A stretch of DNA of 12,667 bases from Planctomycetales bacterium (GCA_037445915.1 JBBIJQ010000055.1:1-12667); one strand, 5' to 3'; positions 1-8,440 are shown, counted from the first letter of the stretch. The notes: generated by a model from the sequence alone, not told the origin. Program-made: numbers and translations.

Positions 1-1
1 C

Positions 2-1984
2 GACCTGAACGAGAACAACCTCACGCTTGTGGATAAGTTATGTTCGCGGCTGAACGGAGTTCCGCTGGCGATTGAATTGGCGGCCGGCTGGGTGGACAGC
101 CTGACGCTGCCGGAGCTGCTTGACGAGGTCGGCAAGCAAGTAAGCCTTACTGCGAGAATGGCTGATGTCCCCGAGCGGCAAAGAAGCATCCGCGCATCGC
201 TTGACTGGTCTTACGGCATGCTCGCTGAAGACCAGGCAGAAGTGCTTCTTGCGGTTTCTGCATTCAAAGGAGGGTTTTTCCTTGATGCGCTGGCTTCAGT
301 GGCAAGCGTCAAGGGCGACTTAAGGCTGCTCCTCAGCCAGCTTTGCGATAAAGGATGGCTGTTTACTCGCGAAGTACTCGGCAAGACGCGCTACTTCGTG
401 CGCGACGCAGCTATGAAGGTTTACGCTGTGGAGAAGTTCTGCGAGTCGGACCAGTCCAAGCGCATCGCGCGTGGGCACGCGCGTTTCTTCTCGGAACTCG
501 CCGGGCGCGAAGGCGCGAAGCTAGAAGGCGAAGGCCAGGTTGAAGCGTACAACCTCCTTGAAGTTGATGTGGAGAATATATATCGCGCCTTGAGCGCTGC
601 AATAAGGCGTAGGGAACCAAGCCTGCTGTTGCCGTTTACTAAGTACATGTATAAATTCCTTGAACTTGGCAGTAGGTATCAAGACGGCCTCACGTGGTAT
701 ATCAGGCTCACAGAAGTCGCTGACCTGCTGCCAGACGTGGCGCTCAAGGAATATTCACTCATCGGATTATCATCATTTCTTCACCGGCTTGGCCAATACG
801 ATGAATCCGCCAAGGCCGCTGAAGAAGCGTTGCGGTATGCACGAGTTGCTGGAGATAAAGAGCAACAAGCCGATTGCCTCTACAGCCTTGGGCTGATCGC
901 GCAAAGCCAAGGGCGTTATGCTGAAGCGGCTAACCTATGCCAGGAAGGACTCGCCATTTACCGCGAAATTGGCAACCAACCGGGCGTTGCGGAGTGCCTG
1001 AGTAACATGGGGCTGGTTGCAAAGCACCAAGGGCGTTACCAGGAAGCCCAAAAGCTGCACGAGGAAGCGCTTGAAATCCAGCGTAACAGGGGAAACCGCC
1101 TGGGAATCGCTACCGCGCTAAATGACCTTGGAGTGCTGGCGCGAGAACAGGGAAGCTTCCAACAGGCGGAAAAGCTGCACCGCGAGGCAATGCAGCTGTT
1201 CGGTGATATTGGCAACCGGCACGGCATCGCAGCGTCGCTGAACAACCTAGGAATAATCGCCTTTGACCAATCGCGTTTCGCCGAGGCCGACAGGCTTTAC
1301 GGCGAAAGCTTGCAGATAACGCAGGAACTCGGAGACCGACACGGCATTGCTTCAGCGCTAAATAACCTTGGCAACAGCGCATATTGCCAGTGGAACTACT
1401 GGGATGCCGAGAAATTCTACAGGGACAGCCTGGAAATCAAGATTGAAATCGGCGACCGACGCGGAGTAGCGGCATGCCTTGGTAACCTAGAGTTCACCTC
1501 TTATTGCCAGGGGCATTACGACGTTTCCGAAAGGCTGCACAAAGAGAGCTTACAGATAAAGCGCGAGATCAACAGCGTTTGGGGCATCGCCCATTCGCTT
1601 GGCAGCTTGGGAGCCGTCTATATCAAACAAAAGAAGATGAGAGAAGCGCGGCGTTGTCTGCTTGAAGCGCTGAAAACCGCAAAGGAAATCAAGAACCACC
1701 CTTTGATGACCGAGATCCTCGTCGTTAGCGGGCACATGCTGTCCTTGACCGACTTCCAGGGCGCGGCCGCGATCATTCTCGCCGGCGCTGAAAACCATGT
1801 GAAGACGATGAACTATCCGCTTGACCCGATTGAGCATGGCCTTTTGGAGGATGGGAACAGCAATCTGAGAAAAGCGTTGTCGGAAGATGAGCGAGCCGCA
1901 CATAAGGCAAAAGGGCTTAGCACATCGCTTGACGAATTAATTGACTTGGCGATGAAGTCCTTGGGTGGGCTTGGGAAGGGCTAG
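2..1984 (+). CDS. STAND/NB-ARC-like predicted ATPase with C-terminal TPR array (5'-truncated by the window edge)
   Basis: The frame is open from base 2 (DLNENNLTLVDKLC...), so GTG at 29 is probably not the true start. It has LCSRLNGVPLAIELAA (GxP motif), PERQRSIRASLDWSY, a winged-helix-like segment (FKGGF...LSQLCDKGWL) and then TPR repeats. The Walker A/B motifs lie outside the window. Confidence 0.88.
   Translation, partial: DLNENNLTLVDKLCSRLNGVPLAIELAAGWVDSLTLPELLDEVGKQVSLTARMADVPERQRSIRASLDWSYGMLAEDQAEVLLAVSAFKGGFFLDALASVASVKGDLRLLLSQLCDKGWLFTREVLGKTRYFVRDAAMKVYAVEKFCESDQSKRIARGHARFFSELAGREGAKLEGEGQVEAYNLLEVDVENIYRALSAAIRRREPSLLLPFTKYMYKFLELGSRYQDGLTWYIRLTEVADLLPDVALKEYSLIGLSSFLHRLGQYDESAKAAEEALRYARVAGDKEQQADCLYSLGLIAQSQGRYAEAANLCQEGLAIYREIGNQPGVAECLSNMGLVAKHQGRYQEAQKLHEEALEIQRNRGNRLGIATALNDLGVLAREQGSFQQAEKLHREAMQLFGDIGNRHGIAASLNNLGIIAFDQSRFAEADRLYGESLQITQELGDRHGIASALNNLGNSAYCQWNYWDAEKFYRDSLEIKIEIGDRRGVAACLGNLEFTSYCQGHYDVSERLHKESLQIKREINSVWGIAHSLGSLGAVYIKQKKMREARRCLLEALKTAKEIKNHPLMTEILVVSGHMLSLTDFQGAAAIILAGAENHVKTMNYPLDPIEHGLLEDGNSNLRKALSEDERAAHKAKGLSTSLDELIDLAMKSLGGLGKG
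752..1711 (+). repeat. Eight tandem 40-aa (120-nt) TPR-like repeats within the ATPase-TPR gene
   Basis: Exact 40-aa period with consensus xxLxNLGxxAxxQGxYxEAxxLxxEALxIxxExGNxxGIA. A DNA echo is visible, e.g. CAAGGGCGTTA at 908 and 1028. Confidence 0.9.
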
Positions 1985-2065
1985 GCCCGAAGAGTTTTCC
2001 TTGGATATCCTCCCTGCCGCCAGTTTCTCCTGACGCTTGTCACAAAACCTGGCGTGTCCGCTTGT

Positions 2066-2094
2066 TTAACCTTCGCTGTGTTTCAGGCGATAAT
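2066..2094 (+). promoter_or_regulatory. Possible sigma70-type promoter for the 2111 gene
   Basis: TTAACC (2066-2071), 17-nt spacer, GATAAT (2089-2094). This would give a roughly 10-nt leader with no Shine-Dalgarno. Confidence 0.35.
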
Positions 2095-2110
2095 ACACTG
2101 CTGGCTAACT

Positions 2111-2707
2111 ATGGAGAAGGATAAGCTAAAACGGCTGTCGCACTGGTGGCGCGAGGTAGAAACGGCCTCCGACGAAGAAGCGCTGCGGCGCAAGCTTCAC
2201 TTAATGGAAGCCGAGATACGCCACACCCTTCGCGGCGCGCACGCCGCCAGGAAGCGCCAGGTTCTCCGCAACTTCTACGCCGCGGGGCTGCTTGGAGTAG
2301 TGCTGCTGCTTTCGCTTGGCATTGCCCGCGTTGTTCCCCCAACGGATTCCCTCCGGTATGCCACAACCGAAACCGGCGAAAAGTATCCTGCCGTATCGGA
2401 AGAAGTAATCCTGGCTGCGCCTGTGCAACAGCCCCCTTTAGCGGCGCCTGCGCCTGATAAGCCAAAAGCGTCAATCCGCGAAGCCCGGCAGGCCTCCGCA
2501 AGCGTAAGGCCGAAACGCCCGCATGCCGTAGCCCGCCAAATTGCGCCGCCTGCCGTTATGCCCACGCCTCCCGCCGAAGCCCCCGCCTCCGTTGAGCCAG
2601 CATCCCTAGCGCCTGCGCCTTCTACGGCTAAGACGAAAGCTGAGCCTGAGATGGGGCTGGATGCGCTGGCGCTTTTATCAAGTTTGGAGAGCGAGTTTGA
2701 GAAGTAG
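2111..2707 (+). CDS. Hypothetical single-pass membrane protein with Pro/Ala-rich extracytoplasmic linker
   Basis: ATG at 2111 is preferred over GTG at 2054. It has a charged helical N-terminus, a basic patch (RKRQVLR) followed by a hydrophobic helix (FYAAGLLGVVLLLSLGIA), a long Pro/Ala-rich region and an amphipathic C-terminal helix (LDALALLSSLESEFEK). Confidence 0.75.
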   Translation: MEKDKLKRLSHWWREVETASDEEALRRKLHLMEAEIRHTLRGAHAARKRQVLRNFYAAGLLGVVLLLSLGIARVVPPTDSLRYATTETGEKYPAVSEEVILAAPVQQPPLAAPAPDKPKASIREARQASASVRPKRPHAVARQIAPPAVMPTPPAEAPASVEPASLAPAPSTAKTKAEPEMGLDALALLSSLESEFEK

Positions 2708-2726
2708 CCAGTTAGGCTGCTATAAT
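2697..2726 (+). promoter_or_regulatory. Sigma70/sigmaA promoter with extended -10 for the bamA operon
   Basis: TTGAGA (2697-2702), 18-nt spacer, TGcTATAAT (2718-2726; perfect extended -10). The RBS AGGAGG follows at 2745-2750. Confidence 0.7.
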
Positions 2727-2755
2727 CACTAGGCTTGGATTCCCAGGAGGGAGGT

Positions 2756-4510
2756 ATGGTGAACCGGTCCCTATACAAACTTGCTGCATTAGCGCTTTTA
2801 TTATCGCTTGCCTTCAGCGCAACGATGTCGGCCCCTTCATTCGCGCAAGGCGTTATCGTCAACAACATTCAGGTTATCGGACTAGTTAACCTAGACCAGA
2901 GTATCGTTATTAACGCGCTGACGATTAAGCCGGGACAAGAGATTCCCGGCAATGTCTTGAGCGAACTGAACAAGAACAGCGAAACGCTCTACAACACGGG
3001 TTACTTCCAGGCTCCCCCAGAACTTGCCTTGGACTACTATGAGGGCAGGACAATACTGCTCATCAAGGTGTTGGAGAACCCAGTTTTCAAGGATGTCGTC
3101 TTCAGCGGCAACACTATTTTCAGCACTGAACAACTGCGCGCCCTTATCACGCTAAAGCCTGGGGAAGTCACCAACCTCAAACAGCTTGAGCAGGACATCT
3201 CCGAAGAAATCCTCGGCCTATACGCCAGGCAGGGATATGTCGGCGCATACATCCAGGAGTTCGCGCTGAGCACGCTGGAAGAAGATGCGGGGACTGTTTA
3301 CATCACACTCTCCGAAGGCGTGATTGAAGACATCGTCTTTGAGGGCAATAGGAAAACTAAGACATCGCTCCTTAAGATGATTGTCGGCCGGCAATTGAAG
3401 GTCGGCGAAACCCTGAAGGAAGAGCGCGTTGAGAAGGCGATGCAGGACCTATTCAATACCGGCGTCTTTGAGCAGGTTGAGCCGACTATGGAGCCTGCGC
3501 CGACCGGCGGCAACATCATCGTCAAGTTCAACCTGGCAGAGACGACGACCGGCCAGGCTGGCATCGGCATGGGCTTTTCCACCGCCAACGGCTTGCAAGG
3601 AACGCTCTCCTACGGCGAGCGCAACCTAATGGGCGAGGGCAAGACTATTTCGGCCCAGCTTGTTTTCAGCAAGAACAATCCCGGTTACCAGATTAATTAC
3701 TCCGACCCTTACCTGAACGAAAAGAACTTCCTATCCGCCAGCCTCTACGACCTTAATTACCGCCAGCAGCGCGACCCCGGTTCCCCTGCAGAAAGCGAAA
3801 TTGATGTTGACAGCATCGGCGGCGATTTCAGCCTCGGCCACCGCTTCAGCGACACGCTCTCCGGAAGCGTTGCGCTAGGGGTGGTTGATTACGACTACAC
3901 AATACTTAAGGGCGACCCGTTCCACGATTACGACCCTATCCGCCGCGGCAGGCTCCAGCAAACGGGCCAGAACCGGAGCGTAACCATTGGCTTGATAAAC
4001 GACACGCGCGACAGCATATTCACCACTCATGAAGGCAGCTACCTCAGCACCTCCGCGCAAATTGCAGGCTTCGGCGGCGACTTTGACTTCCGCAAATACA
4101 TCATTGACGGCAGGCTGTTCCTGCCGCATATGAAGACGAACACAGTAGCCCTGCGTGCCCGCGCGGGCATCGCCGATGGCGACACACCAGTCTTTGAGGA
4201 GTTCCGCGTCGGCGGAGTAAGCTCGGTTCGCGGCGTCCCTGAGGATTACCTTACCGGCACGAAGATGCTGCTTTTCAACGGCGAATACCGTTTCCCCATA
4301 GACAAGAAGAAGAGCTTTACGGGCGCCATCTTCACTGACTGGGCGATGGTCGGCGAAAGCTTCGGCGATACTGATGACATCTATACCGCCGGCATTGGCA
4401 TCCGCTTCCGCGTGCCCGCGCTGGGGCTTGGCTCAATCCGCCTTGACCTTGGCTGGGATTTGCGCGAAGGCGGCACACGCCTCCACTTTGGCATCGGCGA
4501 AATGTTCTAG
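2756..4510 (+). CDS. bamA: Omp85/BamA-family outer membrane protein assembly factor (3 POTRA + beta-barrel)
   Basis: ATG 2756 follows AGGAGG. A signal peptide ends ...PSFA-Q. Three POTRA starts are visible (NNIQVIGL, KDVVFSGN, EDIVFEGN). The barrel has GERNLMGEG, FRVGGVSSVRG and a terminal LHFGIGEMF. The gene lies upstream of lpxD. Confidence 0.92.
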   Translation: MVNRSLYKLAALALLLSLAFSATMSAPSFAQGVIVNNIQVIGLVNLDQSIVINALTIKPGQEIPGNVLSELNKNSETLYNTGYFQAPPELALDYYEGRTILLIKVLENPVFKDVVFSGNTIFSTEQLRALITLKPGEVTNLKQLEQDISEEILGLYARQGYVGAYIQEFALSTLEEDAGTVYITLSEGVIEDIVFEGNRKTKTSLLKMIVGRQLKVGETLKEERVEKAMQDLFNTGVFEQVEPTMEPAPTGGNIIVKFNLAETTTGQAGIGMGFSTANGLQGTLSYGERNLMGEGKTISAQLVFSKNNPGYQINYSDPYLNEKNFLSASLYDLNYRQQRDPGSPAESEIDVDSIGGDFSLGHRFSDTLSGSVALGVVDYDYTILKGDPFHDYDPIRRGRLQQTGQNRSVTIGLINDTRDSIFTTHEGSYLSTSAQIAGFGGDFDFRKYIIDGRLFLPHMKTNTVALRARAGIADGDTPVFEEFRVGGVSSVRGVPEDYLTGTKMLLFNGEYRFPIDKKKSFTGAIFTDWAMVGESFGDTDDIYTAGIGIRFRVPALGLGSIRLDLGWDLREGGTRLHFGIGEMF

Positions 4511-4536
4511 GGCCGGCGTAACGCCGCAAACGCTAA

Positions 4537-5892
4537 ATGCGCGCATTGGCTGTAACATATGCTGGCAAGCTTGCGCTTGCCTTTATCGCCGCAACAGCGG
4601 CGCTATTCAGCCTGTATTCACCCGCAACGGCGCAAGACGCGCAGCGTGACACGATTACTTCCGTTGAACTGGAGATAGACTGGGCAGACGGCAAGCCGGG
4701 CGAAGGCATAGCCGCCGAGGTTAATGAAGCCATCCAGCGTACATTGCAGCTTGCGATAATGGAACAGCTCGGCGCATCCATCCCGCGCCTTGAAGCCAAC
4801 AAAGAACAGATTACTTCAACTCTGCTAAACGTATTTGACCTCGTCCTTGATAAGCGCGGAATGAAGCTTACGGATATCGCAATAACCCCGGCTGAAAACA
4901 CGCTTGTCCGCCTTGCAATCTCTCTCATCGGCGATAAGCTGGAATCCGTCTCGGTGGACTTCCGCTTTCCCAGCGACACCCCGCTTCTCGGGGCAGTAAC
5001 CGCTTCCGACCGGGATGCAATCAGCGCGGCGCTGGAGGCGAAGTTAGGGGGCGCGCCTGTCAGCGACCTTTCCTGGGTGGAAAAGCTCATCGTACGCGAA
5101 GTTCTAGCAGAGCTGGCCGCACGCAACGAGTATGTGGGCTTTGACCCGCTAGTGCTGACAATCCCCGACGCGCAGGCGAAAGTTATTATAACGCTGCTTC
5201 CCCGGTTCGGCGAGGCGGTTGTAGAGCGGTATTTTGTGAAGCTGCGCTCCGGCACGATGCTCAACCTACAGCTTTCAGATGTTGGCAGCTTTGTTGGCGC
5301 GAATATGGAAAGCCTGCGCGGGCTGCCAGTGGGCTTTGTCAAGGGGAAAAACAGCCTTATTTGCGGCTATCTTGAAAAGGAAACCGTTTTCGCTCCCGAC
5401 CTGGCAATCGCATCGCCGGTGGCGACGGCGGAGCTGTATATCGCCGGCGCAGATGCGTCGCTGGTGTTCACCGTGGAATCGCAGAAGTTTCGCTTAAGCG
5501 CGAGCGGCCGCGTGGACTTCAACCGCCCCACAGATAATGCGCGCCTGGACTTTAGCGCGGGCCTGCGCGTGCTGCCTACTGCGGACGTCTGGGCGCACGG
5601 CACGTTCTATCCCGGCGAGTTTGAGCTGCGCCCGCAGGCGGGCATCGGCTACCGGAATAGGGACCGCGCATTCGCAGAGTTCGGCTACGACTTTAAGATG
5701 AACAGCGCCATCGCGCGCGCCCAGCTCAATGTGCTGCCCGACTTCTACTTGTCAGCCGAGGCTTATGCCGAGGACAAGCTGAAGGACGAAAACGAATACG
5801 GCATTACTTACATATTCAGGAACATCTACGAACTGAAGGTCATAACCGACTTTCGCGATGAGATTTTCGCCTCGCTAGGGGTAAGGCTATGA
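4537..5892 (+). CDS. Uncharacterised exported/outer-membrane-associated protein (POTRA-like alpha/beta repeats + C-terminal beta-strand domain)
   Basis: A 451-aa ORF 26 nt after bamA, with its stop overlapping the lpxD start (ATGA). It has a signal peptide (...SPATA-QD), and the last ~135 aa are short amphipathic strands ending ASLGVRL. Confidence 0.8.
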   Translation: MRALAVTYAGKLALAFIAATAALFSLYSPATAQDAQRDTITSVELEIDWADGKPGEGIAAEVNEAIQRTLQLAIMEQLGASIPRLEANKEQITSTLLNVFDLVLDKRGMKLTDIAITPAENTLVRLAISLIGDKLESVSVDFRFPSDTPLLGAVTASDRDAISAALEAKLGGAPVSDLSWVEKLIVREVLAELAARNEYVGFDPLVLTIPDAQAKVIITLLPRFGEAVVERYFVKLRSGTMLNLQLSDVGSFVGANMESLRGLPVGFVKGKNSLICGYLEKETVFAPDLAIASPVATAELYIAGADASLVFTVESQKFRLSASGRVDFNRPTDNARLDFSAGLRVLPTADVWAHGTFYPGEFELRPQAGIGYRNRDRAFAEFGYDFKMNSAIARAQLNVLPDFYLSAEAYAEDKLKDENEYGITYIFRNIYELKVITDFRDEIFASLGVRL

Positions 5893-6923
5893 CGGTCAAG
5901 CTGGAACAACTTGCGAAATTCGTTAGCGGCGAAGTCAAAGGCGGCCTTGCCAGCGGAACGGTCAAGGGCTTCTGCTCGCTCTTGCGCCCGCAGGCAGGGC
6001 ATATTGCGTTTGTGGAAAAGCCGCTGGAGCGCGGCCAACAGCCCCCGGATTTCGTCATCACTACCGCCAAGCTCGCGCCACGCTTTTCCAACGCCATCAT
6101 CGTTGAAAATCCGCGCCTCGCGTTTGTAATGGCGATGGAGTACTTCCTAAGCCTCAAAGCGCCTGCGTGCAAGCCCACTATCAGCGAGCTTGCATCCGTG
6201 CACCCGGATGCCAAGCTAGGCAAGGGCGTTAGCGTCGCCGCTTTCGCAGTAATTGAGAAAGGCGCGCGCATCGGCTCCGCTGCCGTCATAGGCGCGAATT
6301 GCTTTGTCGGCGAAGACGCGGCAATCGGCGAAAGGTCACGCCTTCACGCCGGGGCCGCGGTGATGGACAGGTGTGAGATAGGAGCGGGCTGCGTCATAAA
6401 CTCCGGCACTGTTATCGGCTCGCAGGGCTTCGGCTTCGTGTCCACGCGGGAAGGCCACCGCAAGTTTCCGCAAGTAGGCATCGTCGTCGTTGAAGATGAC
6501 GTGGAAATCGGAGCGTGCTGCGCTATTGACCGCGCCGCCCTTGACGAAACGCGCATCGGGCGCGGAACCAAGATAGACAACCTGGTTCAGATAGCGCACA
6601 ACGTCCGCATCGGCGAGCACACACTCATCGCGGCGCAGTGCGGCTTCGCGGGAAGCTCAAGCGTCGGCTCATGGTGCGTCATCGGCGGGCAGGTCGGCGT
6701 CGCGGGCGGGGTGGAGATTGGCGATGGCTGCGTGGTCGCAGGGCAAAGCGGCGTCTTCTCGTCAATTCCGCCGAAGAGCAAAGTGTCGGGATATCCAGCG
6801 CGACCGCACCAGCAGGCAATGCGCGTGCTGGCGCTCACATACCGCTTGCCGGAACTGACAGAGAAGATAAAAGCGCTGGAGGAAGCGCTAAAGGAGCTGA
6901 AGCGCGCCAAGAAGGCCCGCTAA
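5889..6923 (+). CDS. lpxD: UDP-3-O-(3-hydroxyacyl)glucosamine N-acyltransferase
   Basis: NPRLAF, hexapeptide left-handed beta-helix repeats, [40 protein letters not shown] (catalytic His), GGQVG, SGYPA and a C-terminal helix. Confidence 0.96.
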   Translation: MTVKLEQLAKFVSGEVKGGLASGTVKGFCSLLRPQAGHIAFVEKPLERGQQPPDFVITTAKLAPRFSNAIIVENPRLAFVMAMEYFLSLKAPACKPTISELASVHPDAKLGKGVSVAAFAVIEKGARIGSAAVIGANCFVGEDAAIGERSRLHAGAAVMDRCEIGAGCVINSGTVIGSQGFGFVSTREGHRKFPQVGIVVVEDDVEIGACCAIDRAALDETRIGRGTKIDNLVQIAHNVRIGEHTLIAAQCGFAGSSSVGSWCVIGGQVGVAGGVEIGDGCVVAGQSGVFSSIPPKSKVSGYPARPHQQAMRVLALTYRLPELTEKIKALEEALKELKRAKKAR

Positions 6924-7621
6924 GCCAGCACAGTCCCGTTTACAACCAACCGGAACTCGCAAGCCAAATAGCGCACCGCGTCCCGGGTCATCATCATCCT
7001 GCTCGTGAATATCTGGAAGTACTCCATTACCGAGGCGATCTGCGGGTCAATCTTCAGGTCAAGCGTAATGAGCTTGTTCTCCCTGTCAATTCTCAGCGCG
7101 GATTCCACGCAGGCATAGTTCACGTCGTCATGTATATCGTGGAATTCAGGATAGTAGCTGCGCACGCGCGAGCGGTGGACGTCCGCCTTGTCGGCGATAA
7201 TGACCGCGGCGCAAACAGGATTTAGCGGCGGCGAGTCCTCCTCTTCATGGCTGCCAATAGCTCCCATAACTACGCCCGTTTGGTGGGGCGTGAAGCCGGT
7301 GCGGCGCAAGATAGGGTAAGCAAGCATGGCGCCGCTTCGTGTGTGGTCTTCGCGCCCCACGAGGTTGCCGATGTCGTGCAGCAGCCCTGCGCACTTTGCA
7401 AGCTGCGCCTGCTCAACGCTGTACCCAAGCTCGGAAAGGACATTCCCAGCGGCTTCCGCGACCAGCGTCACGTGCCGCAGCCCGTGCTCCGTGTAGCCGA
7501 TGGCTTCCATCGCCGCATCGGCAAGCTCAATGAACTCGCGGACTTCCGCGTCCTCGCGCAGCAGCTGGTAGAGCGTGTCCACCGGCGGCGAATAGACTTG
7601 CGCTTGTTTGTGTTCCATCAT
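6920..7621 (-). CDS. HD-superfamily metal-dependent phosphohydrolase
   Basis: Motifs [34 protein letters not shown] and [17 protein letters not shown] (complement of 7628-7632) lies 6 nt before ATG 7621. Confidence 0.9.
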   Translation of the reverse strand: MMEHKQAQVYSPPVDTLYQLLREDAEVREFIELADAAMEAIGYTEHGLRHVTLVAEAAGNVLSELGYSVEQAQLAKCAGLLHDIGNLVGREDHTRSGAMLAYPILRRTGFTPHQTGVVMGAIGSHEEEDSPPLNPVCAAVIIADKADVHRSRVRSYYPEFHDIHDDVNYACVESALRIDRENKLITLDLKIDPQIASVMEYFQIFTSRMMMTRDAVRYLACEFRLVVNGTVLA

Positions 7622-7646
7622 GCGGTACTCCTAATTGCGCTCATCC

Positions 7647-8171
7647 CTAGCGCGGGCTCTCTTCGGGAAACACGATGCGCCCCGGCGTGGCCTGCGGCAC
7701 GGCAGCTTCGCTTGCGAGCGCAGGCTGCGGCTGCGGCGCAACGTGCTGCCTGCCTGCAAGCGCCGGGTTCTTGGTTTCAAGCATGCGGATGAAGCCGGTA
7801 AGCAGCCCGTAGAATTCGTATTCAAAACGTTCGCGCTCTGATGCGATTTCGGATGCGCGCGAGTTTAGCTCAATGCTTTGCAGCCGCGCTTCCTTGACGA
7901 TGTTCTCGGCTTCATGCCGCGCATTGGCGATGATTTCGTCGTGGGATTTCTGGGCGAGCATGATGGAGTTGCGAAGCGTCTCCTCGTTGTCGCGGTTGCG
8001 CTGGATATCCGCCTCGCACTCGGCGATCTTGTGCTTGAGGCGCTCGATCTCGTCCACGTGCTCTTGCAGCGCCGCCGCAACTAGCGCTACGAACTCCTCC
8101 ACGTCGGCCTTGCTCACGCCGAACATGGCTGACCCGAATTTGTAGTTCTCAACGTCGTTGATTGTGAGCAT
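7647..8171 (-). CDS. divIVA: DivIVA-family coiled-coil cell division/polarity protein
   Basis: The N-terminus MLTINDVENYKF...FGVSKADVEEFV matches the DivIVA domain. The coiled coil has EETLRNSIMLAQKSHDEIIANARHEAENIVKEA. RBS GGAGGT is the complement of 8176-8181. Confidence 0.88.
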   Translation of the reverse strand: MLTINDVENYKFGSAMFGVSKADVEEFVALVAAALQEHVDEIERLKHKIAECEADIQRNRDNEETLRNSIMLAQKSHDEIIANARHEAENIVKEARLQSIELNSRASEIASERERFEYEFYGLLTGFIRMLETKNPALAGRQHVAPQPQPALASEAAVPQATPGRIVFPEESPR

Positions 8172-8194
8172 TTATACCTCCAGCGCGCACCTGG

Positions 8195-8200
8195 ATTATA
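8195..8200 (-). promoter_or_regulatory. -10 box of the divIVA-HD operon promoter
   Basis: Perfect TATAAT on the minus strand (ATTATA at 8195-8200), 23 nt upstream of the divIVA start. There is no convincing -35. Confidence 0.55.
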
Positions 8201-8236
8201 GCGTATCTGGCAGCGTTTCTATGAATGGACAGGCAG

Positions 8237-8259
8237 GCGGAACTTCAGTTCCGCTCTTT
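8237..8259 (+). terminator. Hairpin GCGGAAC-TTCA-GTTCCGC followed by TCTTT (terminator-like or REP-derived)
   Basis: Perfect 7-bp stem 8237-8243/8248-8254 with a short T-rich tail on the + strand. Confidence 0.4.
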
Positions 8260-8359
8260 AATCTCCGTGCTGGGGATGCTAGCTCGTAGATCGCAGATGG
8301 GATTCCAGAGATTGCTTCAACTAGGGGGGCTGGGCTGACAAGCCCGGCTTTGCTTTGGA

Positions 8360-8440
8360 GTGTAAGGCGCAGACTTGTACCGCGCCAATCGTATTTATGC
8401 CAGAGCGACAGAGGCGGGCATACAAGTTGCCGCCCTACAC
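8360..8440. repeat. Inverted pair of REP-like palindromic units (REPIN-like)
   Basis: 8360-8386 (GTGTAAGGCGCAGACTTGTACCGCGCC) and the reverse complement of 8413-8440 (GTGTAGGGCGGCAACTTGTATGCCCGCC) match at 21 of 28 aligned positions. Each has a GTA(G/A) foot and an internal palindrome. The spacer is 26 nt. Confidence 0.6.

Noticed and set aside
752-1711. TPR repeats as a diversity-generating retroelement target
   Set aside because: No near-identical template/variable repeat pair differing at adenines, and no reverse transcriptase in the window.
2735-2755. ORF-track upstream starts (TTG 2735 for bamA, TTG 8813 for PFOR, GTG 2054)
   Set aside because: The extensions contain the Shine-Dalgarno or promoter elements, so the downstream ATGs at 2756, 8837 and 2111 fit better.
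4533-5342. 269-aa antisense ORF and other long shadow ORFs (2275-2868, 6638-7225, 7247-7792, 10562-11296)
   Set aside because: They overlap better-supported genes, lack motifs, and are expected from codon bias in GC-rich coding DNA.
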